The notes under the pieces: model-generated
Seen by the model: only the letters and a program-made list of their open reading frames with translations
The model's database searches: none
What the model was told of the DNA's origin: nothing
Position numbers and translations under genes: made by a program
Assembly (NCBI GenBank): GCA_013239625.1
Contig: MU054187.1
Span: 11,731,893-11,795,892, forward strand
DNA: 64,000 bases
Direction of reading: 5' to 3'
Source: Lama guanicoe
Taxonomy: Eukaryota
Shown here: positions 25,489 to 39,080 of the stretch, piece by piece
Position numbering within the stretch: the first letter of the stretch is position 1
How the letters are laid out: every line of letters begins with the position of its first letter

Positions 25489-25974
25489 AAAATCATGGTG
25501 GAGAGTGAGGCAGGCTGAGATGTGGGGGAGAAGGGTCTTTCTTACATGGGTTTAATTTCTGGCTAATCCTGATGGTCTTTTGATGGAGACTGGTACATGG
25601 ATGCTCCTCTCTGGCCTTGAAGGCTGCATCCCAGGAGGACCGCTCATTGCCCTGCCAACTCATGTACAAATTGAGCCAATCAGAGGCTCCTCAGAGGACA
25701 CAGACAAGCCTAGCCAGGGAGACCATCAGCTGATTCTGGATGCTCTCTAGGGCATTACAGTGGAAAGAGCACTGGACCTGGAGTCCAAGACCTTGATCTG
25801 AGTTCTGGCTCTGCTGCCCTCCAGCTGGGTGACACTCAACCTGGAATCATTCGTGAATCTATTACTCGGCTATTAGATTCCATGCTAGATACTATGACAT
25901 GAATAATGTTAATGAGACATTCCTTTTAAAGTCCTAGAAACTAACTAATGTTGAGCAAATCTTTTTGTTGGCTG

Positions 25975-27070
25975 GTTTAAATAGAAAATAGCTTGTACTC
26001 ATCTTTGCTTCCACAATCTGTTGCAATATATTGCTTTGGTTGACGTTTATGAAGAAAATAGAACCTCACAAAAGTATATACATGGGAAAAAGAGTATTTT
26101 AATAGTCCTTTCAGATGACTGAATATTCTTTTTGAATACTACATGAACATTCAGCGAGTGATAGTTTCTTAAAGATTAGTTGCAATGTGGAATCTGAAAC
26201 CATATCAATGAACTTTTCTCACTCAGTTACATTAAAATACATTGATCTAGCTTGCATCTTCAGTAGAATTTTTTGCAGGCATGATTTTGTAACATCGTGC
26301 ATTGGTCCTGTGGAAAATACTGGGTTACTGATGTATGCAGATCTTTGAAACACTAGCACATTCTATTACACTGTCATGAGAAGTCTCATTATTAATATTA
26401 CTCCTGATATTATTACCATTGATCGTACCAGAAAATTCTTTTAGTATTTGGAAGCTTTCAAATCCGTGGTGTGAAATTTCCAACAGTTTCATTTTTGCTC
26501 AAAAGCTTGAATTTTATCATTTGCAACTAATACTGTCAATTGTTCTCCTTGAAGTGGTAGCATCACTGACTTCATTTTCAAGAAAATGTCTGCCAAATAC
26601 CCAAATCTGAATAACTATATTTTTTTGAAGGTTGTTCTTTCAAGTCAAAATGGTGCTCTGTGAAAAACCACTAGTTTGCATGCGTGTTTTTTCTGGAGAT
26701 CACCATGATACTCTGATGGAACAAAATTGCTTTGTGCATATATCCCATTCCATCATACAGAATTTAGAAAGTCATGTACTCAAGGGTCAAGGCTTAATAA
26801 AAATAATAATTTTACTGTTTCATCAAGGATATTCATAAGTAGAACAAGCTTTAAAAATTTTGTTTTTAATTTGCAAGTACCCAGTGGTGAGGCATAGAAT
26901 GACTACCTGCTCAGCTTCCAGCAGTTTTACTCAACATTGTTTCCCATCATTGCATATGTCAACAAAGTTAGAATTTTAAAAAGCAAATAATGTGCTAGCA
27001 TCACTGTAAAAATGCTTTTGACCTCTTGGACACCTTGAAAGGGTTTGGGGAGCACTTTGCAAAATGCTGT
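25975..27070. mobile_element. hAT-Charlie1-like DNA transposon fragment
   Basis: TTAGTTGCAATGTGGAATCTGAAACCATATCAATGAAC, AGAAAATGTCTGCCAAATACCCAA, and an end TTTGACCTCTTGGACACCTTGAAAGGG..CACTTTG shared with the element at 30.9-31.3 kb. Confidence 0.75.
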
Positions 27071-28759
27071 CCTACAAGGTGAGGCCTGGACTTAATTTGG
27101 CCCAGACAGTGCTCCGTGACCTGCCCCTGCCAACCTGGTCCCCACCTTCTACCGGTCCATCCCTGCTGAAGTTCAGCTGGAAAGAGTGGACTCATCCTAT
27201 GGGGGAGGAGACCTGGCTCTAGAACCCAAACCAAGCTGCCTAGCTGCCTGTTTTCTCCCAGAGCAGGAAACTAAGGAATATTCTTTGATGCTTCAAACCT
27301 CTGGGCCTTTGCTTGAGCTGCTCACTCTGCCTAGAACTCCCTTTCCTTCCTAGGGAGCTCCTACTCATTCTTCAAGGTCTAGCTCAAATATCACCTCCTC
27401 TGTGAAGCCTCCCCTCTTGCTGCAGTCTGTACCCACAGTACTTTGTACACACTTCATTTACAGAACTTAACACATTAAAGAGTTGCCTTAGCAGCAACTT
27501 GGAAATCCTCAAACCGAAAGCTGGACTTGGTTTCTTAAATCATTTGCTTTTAAAACCAGCTGTGGATGGACAGTCTATTTATAGCACCCCCCCTTTTTTT
27601 AACCCTATTTAATGTGAATATCTGCACGTTTCACTTTAGGAATATAACTGTGTTTGATTCCCAGGTATTGGTGCAGACCCCACCGGGATGCCCTGTATCA
27701 TCTGTCTAAACTCTGATAAATTCTGAAATCCAAGACCCACTTGATCCCTAAGGGTTTGGGGTGAGGGATTGTGGGCTTTTATTATGGTCCCTTGAGTACA
27801 GCCATCTCTTCTGTTTAACTGATATCCACGAGGCTGGTACCATGTCCTAAACACATGTATAGTCCCCGATTCCAGCATTGTGCCCGGTGTGTGGTCGCAC
27901 ACAGCAAAGTCTGCAGAATAAGCTGAGTTTACGAATTGTCCATAATGCTATGGAGAACCCCCACACCAAATGTTATGGAACAGGTGGGATCTCAGATCTT
28001 TGGGGTCGTGTTCAAGTTACAATGACTGAATATATGCCTCTAATTTTGCTCCTTCCTGAAACCCCATGAGAATTTCCAGAAGAGGGATTTTTGACAATAA
28101 ATACATAATCCCACAATGTTGAGAAAACAGGGCAACCACATCCTCAAGAAAAGGACAGCGGGGATGAAGCTGGCAGGCACCGAAAACTGAAGCCAAAGTA
28201 GTTATGGGGTGGGCTGAGCACAAACCTGACTTACACAGCAGATCCAGCCCAAGACAAAGAAATGGGCAGGACCAGGGTTCCCGGTGAGTGAAAGGGGTGG
28301 CGGATGAGGGTGGAGGCTAAAACAGGAGGGCTGGGAGCTATCTAGGAAGCAGTTAGATCCTGGATCCCCTTTCTCACTCTTCACTCCCACACACTTCCTT
28401 GCAGCTGAGTCTCCCCCGTGCTGGATGAAGTCTGGAAGATGATGCTCAGGAGACAGTGAAGAGCAGCATCCCCATATGGGGGTACCAGGCACCACTGAGG
28501 ACATTAAAACAGAGATAAGGGATGATATGTATTTTAACACTGAACACGGAAACAACATACTCCCTCTGCTCCAAACCTCACCCCTCAGGTTGGTTCTTAG
28601 AATTCTAGAACCAAGCCCTTTCCTTCCAGGAAGGAGGTTGGAAGACATCTAGCTTGAAGTAAAGACTTAAAAACACTGATGTACTGGGTTTCCCAACATC
28701 TAGGCCCCCCAGATTACCCTGGTGTGAAGCTCCAAGTGGCTAGTCCCTCATGCACTCAA

Positions 28760-29097
28760 AGCTTCCAATTTTTTTTAAACTATTTTATTGACAACAGATC
28801 TAAGAAATATTTCATATCTGAGGGAAACCTTTAACATGGAAGAGAAAGACCAAAACAAACAGTATAAAAGCAACCTGGAAGAAAAAGACATTGTGCCAGG
28901 AGTTTTTAAAAATATATTTTTGTCTTCAGAGAGGTAAGAAAACATTATCGCATTCCTGAAGTGAAACAAAAACAGGATACCATCAGAAAACTTTCAAAGA
29001 TTTAGAAAGAGCTTTAGATATTAGACATGATAGTTGAAATTTAAAAAAATAATAAAAAAGTTGAAAAATCAAGTTGAGGAAACATCTTAGAGATGAA

Positions 29098-29170
<73 letters not shown>

Positions 29171-29700
29171 AGAAAAAAAAAAGGAAGTACAGACAAGGAG
29201 ATCCAACATCAGAATAATACGGTTCCGAAGAAGAGGACAGAGAAAATGGAGAGGAAGAAACTTATCATGAAAAACTCAAGAAATTCTGCAGAGTGCAAAT
29301 TTCCAAAGTGAAAGGGCCAAGTGCCCAGCAGCATGGATGAAAATGCACTCAAATCAAGGCACATGACTGAAATTTCAGAACACCGAAGAGAAAAAAGGAA
29401 GATTCTGTCATCTTCCAGAGAGAAAAACAAAACAAAATGGTATTAGAACAGCTTCAGACTGCTCATAGCAACACTGAGGGCTAGCAGATGACCCAATGCC
29501 TTCAAAAGTCTGGATGAAAATAACCTTCAAAGTAGAATCCTATTCTCAGGGAAGGTATCAACTAGCTGTGACAGTTTGACAAAAACATTTTCAGGTATCC
29601 AAGATCCCAAAATACTTTCCTGTGCAGCCTTTCTCATCAAGCTCCTGGAAGATCAACTCCAATAAAACAGGACATAAATCACTAAGTAGGAAGCTGTAGG
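28760..29700 (+). mobile_element. Ancient L1 ORF1-like / HAL1-like remnant
   Basis: Degenerate ORF1 C-terminal motifs: GAAAGGGCCAAGTGCCCAGCA, GAAATTTCAGAACAC, TCAGACT..CAGCAACACTG, AATGCCTTCAAAA, AGAATCCTAT. Confidence 0.65.
29101..29166 (+). repeat. Pure poly(A) run, 66 nt
   Basis: Seen directly in the sequence. Confidence 0.95.
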
Positions 29701-30366
29701 CTTGGTAAACCAGAGATCTACTGAGTGACAGTCGTGCCCCAGACTCAGAGGGTGACCAGTTCAACCAGTCCAGAGGGAGTCCTGGGACTCAGCATGCAGA
29801 CAGATACATTTGGGGCATTATCATCAAGATCCTAGCTCAAGGGGGAGAATGCCCAGCTAAGTAGCACTTTGGTTCTTTTCTAGATCTTGCCTTAACTGGG
29901 TGCTGAGTCCCTGCTCTCCCAAAAGTGAAGGGCAGTTGTTTCAGCTCCGCAGGTGTTGAGTTTTGACCCACTTCTGAGATGTAGAGGTCGGTCATTGAGC
30001 TGAAAAGCAAAAGCAAATACAAAACAGAAAATGGAGTAGCGCTCTCCCCGTGAACGTACTTCTGCCAGACTGCAGCGCCTGGCTCACCCTGCAGCCATGC
30101 AGACGCCCTGATGTCACCCACTGACTTCCCTGGAAGCCGCTCTTAGAAGCAACAGAAGCCTCTGTTGGGCCAGTTCCTTTCCTCCGGGGGGATTTCATCT
30201 ATCAGCAGCTGCATTGCCCCTTCCTCACAATGGTTTGGGCTTGCTTCTCAGTTTTCCAGAACTAAGCAATTTATCACTTGCTGAGTATATTCTGTATCTG
30301 TTATGCGGATGGTACAACTATGAAGAAACATGAAAAAATATTTAACTCAAAAATCAAGATAGGGCT

Positions 30367-30506
30367 GGGGGAGGGTACAGCTCAGTGGTAGAATGTGTGC
30401 CTAGTATGCACAAGGTCCTGAGTTCAATCCCTGGTACCTTCATTAAAGATAAATAACTAAAAACCTAATTACCCCCCTCAAAAGTTTACAAAATAAATAA
30501 ATTTTT
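30367..30506 (+). mobile_element. tRNA-derived SINE (Vic-1-like)
   Basis: GGGGAGGGTACAGCTCAGTGGTAGA..GAGTTCAATCCC. TSD AAAAATCAAGATAGGGCT (30349) versus AAAAATTTAGATAGGGCT (30507). Confidence 0.92.
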
Positions 30507-30917
30507 AAAAATTTAGATAGGGCTTGCTTTGGCGAGGAGAGTGATGCTATCTTTGAGGAGCTCACAGTGGGATTTTAAACCTACCTGAAATATTCTTATT
30601 TCTTAACCAATTTTTTAAATGTTATGCACATGTCTTGTATATTTATGATTCAATTCACAATAAAAATTTTAAATTTAGGAGAAGTGAGGGGATTTTAAAT
30701 GGCAACTCAAGAGATATCAGATACTTGATTTGTAGGTTTATTTCATAATGAGCCCAACTTTAATCACTCTGTTTAATACTGGAAGCTGCCCCTCCCTTAC
30801 CCATCACCCCGTCCTTGCTTCCATTATCTGCCCCTCATCCTCAGACTCTTCCAATTCCCCTTCCCTGCTCAATTTCTCTTTTCCATGGTACTTATTAGCA
30901 TCTTATGTCCTCTAGAA

Positions 30918-31258
30918 GAGTAGATCTCAAAATTCCTGGTTCCAAGGTCTGTTTCATGCTCTTAAATACTATTGAAGACTTCAAAAAACCTCTTATGTGG
31001 GTTGTCTCTATTGATATTTACCATATTTAAGTTGAAACTGAGAAATTTTCAAAACACAAGGATCACAAGGTACATGCTCTGTAAGCTGTCAGATGTCATG
31101 TAGCCTCTAGAAAACTCCACTGTATGGTTACAGGAATGAGAATGCAAGAGGTAAACAACATTTGGTTTTGTTACAAAAACATTTTTGACCTTAAGGACCC
31201 CCTGAAAGGGCTTCAGGGACCCCCAGGAGTGCCAGGAACTCAACTTGGAGAACCACTG
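30918..31258. mobile_element. MER33-like (Charlie1 derivative) DNA transposon
   Basis: CATGTAGCCTCTAGAAAACTCCACTGTA..GACCCCCTGAAAGGG..TTGGAGAACCACTG. Confidence 0.75.
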
Positions 31259-33050
31259 TTTAGAACAATGCCCAGCACAGAGTAGGCACTACTCAAATAT
31301 GGACTTCATGTCTACTACACAGAACACCCTCTGTTAGGTGCTACCAGGGACACAAAGGTAGGAAAGACCCAGTCCCTCCCTGTGAATCACATCTCCCAGA
31401 TGCCTTCTGGGCCACTGGTGGTAGAACATTTGCATTCAACCTAATTCTGTTTCTTGAGAAGCCCTATCACGGCAGCAAGCCTGGTGTTGGTCCAAGAAGA
31501 GTCTACAGCGAGCCCACACTGTTGACCAGTCCAGAGGGCTTCATGACATATGTAAGTGTTTCTCATGAAGACTGATCACTGAGTTAGAAACAGGGAGTGG
31601 TGAATACATGTGGCGTCTTCAGAGCAGAGGCAAAGAAAGCAGGGAGAGATGACCCAGGCCCAAGAATCACGTGATCTTGGGTGGGTCACTTTCCAAGTCA
31701 GTTTCTTCCTCTGCTCATTGGAGCTATGTAACTAGAGGCTAGCCCCGAGGTGATGCTTCTGGTGTTAACAGTCCATGGTTCCACTAATGTCAGCGCAACA
31801 TTTCCAGATCATAAGCACCTGGTTATCAGTTGTCTTTCTGGTGAGTGTGTGAACCCAGTCAGGCCACCTGTGGAACTTAGCCTGCTTTGGAGACATTTGG
31901 TCTCCTGCCCAGAAAACCTCAGGGCCACTGGAGTCATTTGGGATAGTGGAGCAATAAAGAAAACAAACTGGAATCCCAACAGCTGATGTAACACAGAAAA
32001 CTAAGCCCACCCTACATTTCATCTGGAATCCAGTTTTGGCTGAACCAAGTGATGACAACTGATGGACTCCAATGGGAATGATGATCTGATTAATTCTCAT
32101 AAAGTTTCTTTTTTTTTAATGTATTCTTTCATTCAACAGATAGTACTGAGAAGATATTATTTGTCACCTGCCATGTGAGATATTGAGCATACGTACCATT
32201 ATGAATAAAATGCATTTGTGATACATTTTATTTTAAATGAACCTAAAAGGCACTTGAGAGCTCATTTAAATTTTCCAGAGAATTAAATGCCAACATTTAA
32301 ATATCTAGAGATTTCATGCTAAAAAATCAAAATTTCCAGAATGACGTGAAGGTGAGTTTGTCATTGCCTCCCAGTTGTCTTCAGTCCCTGTGGTCCTGCC
32401 CCTTCCCTGCCTGGCCCCTGTGGCCATTTGAGGTTCCACCCTTGATGTAGGGCTGGTGGGGAGGGTGGACGGTTAATGAGTAACCTTGTGTTAAAGACTC
32501 ACTGGAACTGTTGCAAAGTGCTAAGAGAACATGCTTAGTACATTTTTTTGTGCATCCTGCACATCCCTAAAGGCTAGAGAGGGGGAGGGAGGGAGAGATT
32601 CCAGCTCCTGAGCCGCTAGTCTAGGAGGGCGGCAGAGAGCTTAGTGTAGGAGTCCAGCGTCCTGCCTGTGGGACTGTGCTACGTTGGAGTCTGAAAAGAG
32701 CAATTCATTTCACCAAGGTTGGGAGTGGGAGCAGATTCCAGATTCCAAACAGTGTTGAGAGAGAATAAGCTAAAGCAGGTGGGGTAAGGAGGAGGGGTGA
32801 GAGGATCAAGCTGGGGGTCCACCCTGTCTGTGTTGAGTCTTCAGAGCACAGGACCCAAGTATGGCCTGCATCTACAAACACATAGCCCTGAAGGCGAATG
32901 TTGTTATGAACACCCCCCTAGTTACTTCTCCTCAACCAGTGCTCCCTTTATGGTCTTTTCTTATGCTGCTCTCTCTGCATGGGATACTCTTCCCCCATAG
33001 CTTTCCACCTTCTTGTGATTCAGCCCTTGGCTTAAAAGTGACCCTCTCGG

Positions 33051-33829
33051 GGGTGTGAGAAAAGGGAACCCTCCTACACTGCTGGTGGGGAGGTAGTTTG
33101 GTGCAGCCACTATGGAAAATAATATGGAGATTCCTTTAAAACTAAAAATAGACTGACCATATGATCCAGCAATCCCACTCCTCGGCATATATCCAGAGAA
33201 AACTCTAATTTGTAAAGATATATGCACCCCAATGTTTATAGCCACACTATTTACAATAGCCATGAAGTCGAAGCAACTTAAATGTCCATTGACAGACGAC
33301 TGGATGAAGAAGTTGTGGTATATTTATGCAATGGAATGCTACTCAGCCATTAAAAAAAAGAATGAAATAATGCCATTTGCAGCAACATGGATGGACCTGG
33401 AGATGATCATACTAAGTAAAGTTAAGTCAGACAGAGAAAGACAAGTACCATATGATATAAGTGGAATCTAAAAAAAAACCCACAAATGAACTTATTTATA
33501 AAACAGAAAGAGACTCGCAGACATAGAAAAGAAACTCATGGCTACCAAAGGGGAAAGGGCAGGGGAGGGATAAATTAGGAGTTTGGGATTTGCTACTACT
33601 ACCATTATACATACAAGGTACTATGTATAAATATCAACTACTATATATAAAATAGATAAACAACAAAGTTCTACTGTATAGCACAGGGAACTATATTCAA
33701 TATCTTGTAATAACCTATATTGAAAAGGAACCTGATGAAGAATGTATATATAAATGTATAACTGATTCATTATGTTGTACATCAGAAACTAACACAACAA
33801 TGTAAATTGACTACACTTTAATTTAAAAA
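33051..33829 (+). mobile_element. 5'-truncated LINE-1 inserted in an L2 remnant
   Basis: L1 ORF2 end ('MFIATLFTIA..KKLWYIY..NEIMPFAATWMDLE') and 3'UTR. TSD AAAAGTGACCCTCTCGG (33034) versus AAAAGTGACCCTTTCAG (33830). Confidence 0.95.
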
Positions 33830-34477
33830 AAAAGTGACCCTTTCAGAGAAGCAGCCCTCTCTGGTCTCCCAATGGAAAATAGCCACCCAGGCCCCCACAA
33901 TCCCATCACCCTGGTCTGAGTCTGAGTGGTCCTTACCACTAGCTAACATTTATACTGCTTATTTTAACCCTCTCTCCTCACCAGAAAATAAGCCCGGTGA
34001 GAGCAGGGACCCTGTCGGTCACCTTCACTGTCACTTTCCCCACACCTTCAACAATCTCACCACCCAGGGACCACCCAACACTTGTTGAATGTGAATGAAC
34101 AGTGTATGAGGCACGATGATGGCTGTGTAGGGACAGGTGAGAAATCCTAAATTACAGGCTGCAAAGAAAAAGAGGCACCGAGATGTCCAAGGGGGAGACT
34201 GGCTGGCACCAGCGGGGGTGGCCACAAAAACAAGGTGGTTTGACAAGAAACCAGGAGCCTCCACACAAGTGCTAGGGGAGTTGGCACTGGAAGACCACGG
34301 GCATCAGTGCCTGGAGGAGACTCCTCCCTGGGCCTGTTTCCTTATCCACACGATAGGGATGATCATGATACCAACCTCACATGGTTATTCTGAGAATGAA
34401 ATGGTGAAGGTTCAACATGGAATGTGCTTCATATATAAAAGTTATTTTATTTATTTTTTAATAAATAAAACTTTTAG

Positions 34478-34600
34478 GTGTGGGTAGGGTATAGCTCAGT
34501 GGTAGAGTGCGTGCTTAGTATACACAAGGTCCTGGGTTCAATTCCCAGTACCTCCTCTAAAAATTAATAAGAAAACATAATTATCCCCCAACCCCCTAAA
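34478..34600 (+). mobile_element. tRNA-derived SINE (Vic-1-like) at the 3' end of the RPL21 retrocopy
   Basis: GGGTATAGCTCAGTGGTAGAGTGCGTGCTTAG..GGTCCTGGGTTCAATTCCCAGTACCTCC followed by an A-rich tail. Confidence 0.92.
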
Positions 34601-34602
34601 AA

Positions 34603-35147
34603 ATTTGTAGAGGTTCTTTGTTGATATCTATTTCACTATTATGCCATGAGTTCATAGGGAATGGACTCCAGACACTTGGGGTCCTTTCACAAAGTGGGTC
34701 TCTAGGTGGAGAAGGCTGGCACTTCAGTTGAACCCACGTCATTTTCTTGTTGGCTTCCTTCTTTTTCTGATTGTTTTCCTTCACACGTTTCAAGGAGCTG
34801 CCTCGGCTTTTAGAGTGCTTCATATGCTTAATACGTACACTCATTCTCCTGGCAAGAATCTTGCCCTTAACTTATTTGTTGACTGTGGTGCCAACGGCGG
34901 GCTGGGGGACCTTGTGGATGCTTCCTATTTTGCCACAGGAAGCTTCAGGGAACTGGGGGACGTTTTGAACAGTGCCCATCCTTTGATGTTGATGCATCAC
35001 CTTTCTTGTGGATTCGTGTGTCTGTGGCCAAGAAGCAGCTCCGTATTTTCTCAGTAGCCTAGAGGACATGGTGTGCTTCCCTCCTTTCTCTTCATGTTGG
35101 TCATTTTGGCAGATTATTGCAAGATGGTGATTCTGGACGAAAGGAAG
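34603..35147 (-). pseudogene. RPL21: Processed pseudogene of 60S ribosomal protein L21
   Basis: Minus-strand translation gives RPL21 motifs such as '[41 protein letters not shown]' and 'MGTVQ'. ATG at 35104, ancestral stop at 34639-34641 after ..YELMA, multiple frameshifts, no introns. The 5'UTR begins with a pyrimidine tract (CTTCCTTTCG) at 35147. Confidence 0.93.
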
Positions 35148-35289
35148 TTGCTAGTTACTGGATAAGATTCATTTTGCCCTCACACTGCTTTGCGCTGTGA
35201 GTCTGAGTAGGCTGGGGAATTGCTGGGGAATGATGGAAGATTAGGACACAGGTCTTAGACAGGAGAAACTTCCATCCCTGTTATAGTTG

Positions 35290-36152
35290 TTTTTTTTCAA
35301 AACAGACCTGGACCCAGGGATCTGGGTGTAGTGGTTTATCTGGGTCATGATCCCCAGAAGCACAGCCAGGGAGGAAGACAGGGAAGGATGAAAAGAGAAG
35401 AAAAGCTGTATTTTTGAGCCAGTTACCATTGTGGGCAACTCAAGCTCACTCCCACTGTGGCTCTCTGAGGCTAGTGTAGAAATAGCTCTCAGCTGTCCTT
35501 CTAAGAGGTGAAAGATGGGGAATTTGTGCACCAACTTCTGTCCCTCCTTAGTTAAGAGGTGCCTCTGGGGATTCTTCTTGGGGGGGGGGTCCTTCTGGAA
35601 CCCTCTATTCCATGGACCAGCCAGAGAAAGCTCTTCTGGCAGGTGTTAGGAAGCAGGTGACATGAGGGAACTGTCTGCAGAACCCACAAGTGACTTTCAC
35701 AGGAAGCCAATGGGATAGGTGTGTGACAACAACAGCGTCTGATACTTCTCCTTTGGTCTTTGGGTGCAGGTTGGGAGAAATGAATCCCCTGGGGAAGGAG
35801 GGTACTAGGTTGTATTGTTTCAACATATTCATTGCCCTTCCCTTCAGAAGGATTAAACATCCCTACTCCACTGAGGGCAGGCTTGGCTACGTGGCTTGCT
35901 TTGGCCAATGGAATGAGAGGAGAATCCAGGTGGGTACCTTCCATCATGTGGTCCACCACCCTACCTCTTTTCCCTTTGCCACAGACCAGTAATGACCAAG
36001 ATATGGACCAGTCTATCAGCCTGGGTCCAGAGTGAAGACATATGTATAACCAACCCACAATGGATATGTGAACAAGAGATCTTCGTGCTTGTAAACTACT
36101 GAGAATTTAGAGGTCTTAGTTTCTGCCACATATCTTAGCCAAAGCTGACTAG
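35290..36152. mobile_element. Adjacent old LTRs (ERVL-type at ~35.3-35.7 kb; MLT1-type at ~35.81-36.15 kb)
   Basis: GAGCCAGTTACCATTGTGGGCAACT in the first; GTGGCTTGCTTTGGCCAATGGAATG..GTAAACTACTGAGA..AGCTGACTA in the second. Confidence 0.65.
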
Positions 36153-36809
36153 GCAGAAGGAGAGATTTCTCTGATTAGTGATTTGGGAAGAAGAACTGGA
36201 CAGGGCTTGGCTCAGCAACTTTATTCTTTCTTCAAATCTGCTTGACTCCTAGAAGGTGAAGCCATTGCAGTAAGGAGCCAGTCCCTGTCAGGAGTAGCAT
36301 GTGGCTTTCCAGCTATGCCAGTGGCTTGGTGGTTGAGTCTAATTCAAGAGTGGAGGTTCACAGCACATCCATTTGGCTGCGCACTCACACCTATTGTTGA
36401 TCAGTGAGAAATGTTTTCATTTCTTCTCTCTGTGTCTGTCTCTAAATCAGTTCCTGACTTGATAGGGAAGAGATGCTATTTATTGAGCCCCTTCAAATTT
36501 CAAAAGCCTTTCTGTATGATTCCAAGTTGCAGGGAAAGAATTTTTTTTCCAACTTACTGAGTTCTGCCTGCCTCTCACTGTGGTACTTGCCATGCTCAGC
36601 TTCATTTTGTACATTAACATAAAAAATAAACAGGAATGTTAACTGTACTTTTTATGTTTATGAGCAGGTAGAGTGCAAAATTACAGGGAGTTCTGGCTGA
36701 TAAGCACTGTCTTAAGTCACAAAAGTGGGAATGGGGAAGGATGTATGCCTTGTGGAAAATTATTTCCACCTTGCCTTCTCAGTATTCCCAACTCTTTTTT
36801 CCTTCTTAA

Positions 36810-36842
<33 letters not shown>

Positions 36843-37278
36843 AATCTCTACCTCCTTTGCTCATCTCCATAAAAACTGAAACAGTAAATGTCTTGGGTTT
36901 AAACAGAATTGATAGGTTCATGGATCTTTCATTCACTCAGTCATTACTTATTAAGCATCTCAGGATGCCAGGCTTGATGCCAGGCTGGTTGAGAGAAGGG
37001 ATTCAAGATATCATTCTTGTTTTCTTTCCCACCACTCTCCTTCCAATTCCAAGCTTTGAATATTGTCTAAAGATAATACTTAATATTTTATTAGAATTGG
37101 TGTCATTTTATATACCTTCAGTTTCACAGATTTTCATGAAAACGGTCAAGCTTTTGACCAAAAACATAATTAAATTATATTTTATATATAAATTATTATA
37201 TATTTTATTATTTAATTGATTTAATTAATTTAATTTTTATATATAATTAAATTTCATTTCCTGCTCACATAACAGTCT

Positions 37279-37562
37279 TTTTTTTGGTTGGGGGGGGAGT
37301 GTAGTTAATTTACAATGTTAGTTTCAGCATAGAACAAAGTGATTTAGGGTGTTATACATACATACATACATATACAGTCTTTTTCAGATTCTTTTCCATT
37401 ATATGTTATTACCAAGAAATTGAATACAGTTCTCTGTGTTATACAGGAAGTCCTTGTTGATTATCTATTTTATACATAGTCATGTGTATCTGTTAATCCC
37501 CAATTCCTAATTTACCCCTCCCCCACCCTTTCCCCTTTGGTAGCCATAGTTTGTTTTCTATC
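37279..37562 (-). mobile_element. LINE-1 3'UTR fragment
   Basis: Poly-T followed by TTTTCAGATTCTTTTCCATTAT..CCCTTTCCCCTTTGGTAGCCATAGTTTGTTTTCTAT; ACAGTCT is repeated on both flanks. Confidence 0.85.
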
Positions 37563-38879
37563 ACAACACAGTCTGATGCATCTCTCCTCCAACTGATGAC
37601 TCAGGCATCCAGGTTCCTTTTCCTCCTGTGATATTACTCTCTTTAGCTTGTGATCGCCACAGCTGCTGTGGAGGGGAAAAGGAGGGCTGGAGTTTGGCAG
37701 GGATGTTTTCAGGGGCCAGGCCTGAAACTTTTACCCACATTCCATTGGCCAGAGCATTGTCCTATGTCCCCATCCTAACTATGAAGGCGTTGAGAACTGT
37801 CTCTGTGTTCACAGGAGGAGGAAACGGGGCAGAGACTGTCTTCGCCACAGAAATGTTAACTCATTCTCTCTTCCCCTCTTCCCTGGTATTCTCCACTATT
37901 CCCACCCTCCCTCCCTTTCAGGAATAAAGCTGTTACAGGTGGAAGTACAAAGAGAAAGGAGAGTCAGAGCAGAGCTTTTTGAATTTCAAAAGGCTTTTGA
38001 AACATATAGCTTGAGAGAAAAGTCCCTGTTTTAAAAACTTGGTCTTTTTAACTCCCGAAGTCTAAATCCTGCATAACTCTGGACATGAAATCTACACCCT
38101 ACAAAATCTAGAAGTTTTTTTCCAGAATCAGAATCAACTGGGACCCATCTTTTGCCCTCACCCAGGAGAGGCACATGTGGCAAGAGTTGAGGAGAGAGAG
38201 CTGAGTCCAGAGCAGACCAGAACTGAAGCCGCACATGGGGTCTCTGAGGATCCCTGCCTCCGCCTTCTCCTAGATGGAGCCTCGGGGAGGAGACGGGAGA
38301 AACAGAGCTCCAGGTAGCTGTGGCATCTGAAAGGAGGGGAGGTCTGCGCCCCGCCTCCTGTCAGAACATTTGTAGGGTTCCCCTCCAGCAAGGGTGTGAG
38401 GAGTAGCAGTGTCTCCTCTGTGTCTACATAGCAGAGGCCCAAGACAGCCTCCTGGAGATTCCCCAGACCCCAGAGCAGCGTGGGAGCAGCTGGTTTTCCC
38501 ATGCCCTTGACAGAGGTGTGAAGCAGATACAACAGAGCCTTTCCTGGAGAGACCCTGGGTAAGCTCCTCTCTGGGTGGGTCAACAACTGATGACCAGACA
38601 GGACAGATCAGCAGAGGGCAGCTAGGGCAGATATTGACAGCCAGACAAGGACCCGGGGAAGATACCTGACCAGCGCCAGAGACAGCAAAGACCCGATATC
38701 TTGATGCAACAAAGGTCTGGAAGCTTCTGTCCCACGTGAGAAACAGGATCAAGATAGTTGCGTTCTGTTTCAGAAAACAAAAATTACACTTTTTCCCCTC
38801 TTCCCTATGAGATTTATATCTACCTAAATTAAAACATCCTAAAAAGTCTACAAAGACAAGCTGAGGCATGGAGAGGGCA

Positions 38880-39080
38880 GTGGACTTGGAGTAGGAAGTA
38901 GGGAGTTCATTTGTTAGTAACCACTCAGCATGACCTTGAGCTTGTCTTTTCACGTCTCCGGATCTCAGTTTTCTCATCTGTAAAATGAGATGTAATACTA
39001 CCCGCTTCGCGGACATGCTGTGAGGACTAAATGCAAAAAAAAAGCCCGTGGTTCAGGGCCTGGCACATATCAGGGGTTCA
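38880..39080. mobile_element. MIR SINE (representative; others near 3.9-4.1, 40.6, 42.7, 51.9, 52.7 and 57.7 kb)
   Basis: Core CTCAGTTTTCTCATCTGTAAAATGAGA..TGTGAGGACTAAATG..CCTGGCACATA. Confidence 0.8.

Noticed and set aside
28983..29311. Poly-Lys and poly-Phe ORFs
   Set aside because: These are translations of the A66 homopolymer.
35552..36058. 168-aa minus-strand ORF
   Set aside because: It lies across old LTR remnants.
38270..39016. 248-aa minus-strand ORF, the longest in the track
   Set aside because: Its N-terminus (LILQMRKLR) is a MIR core translation, and the rest has no recognisable domain.
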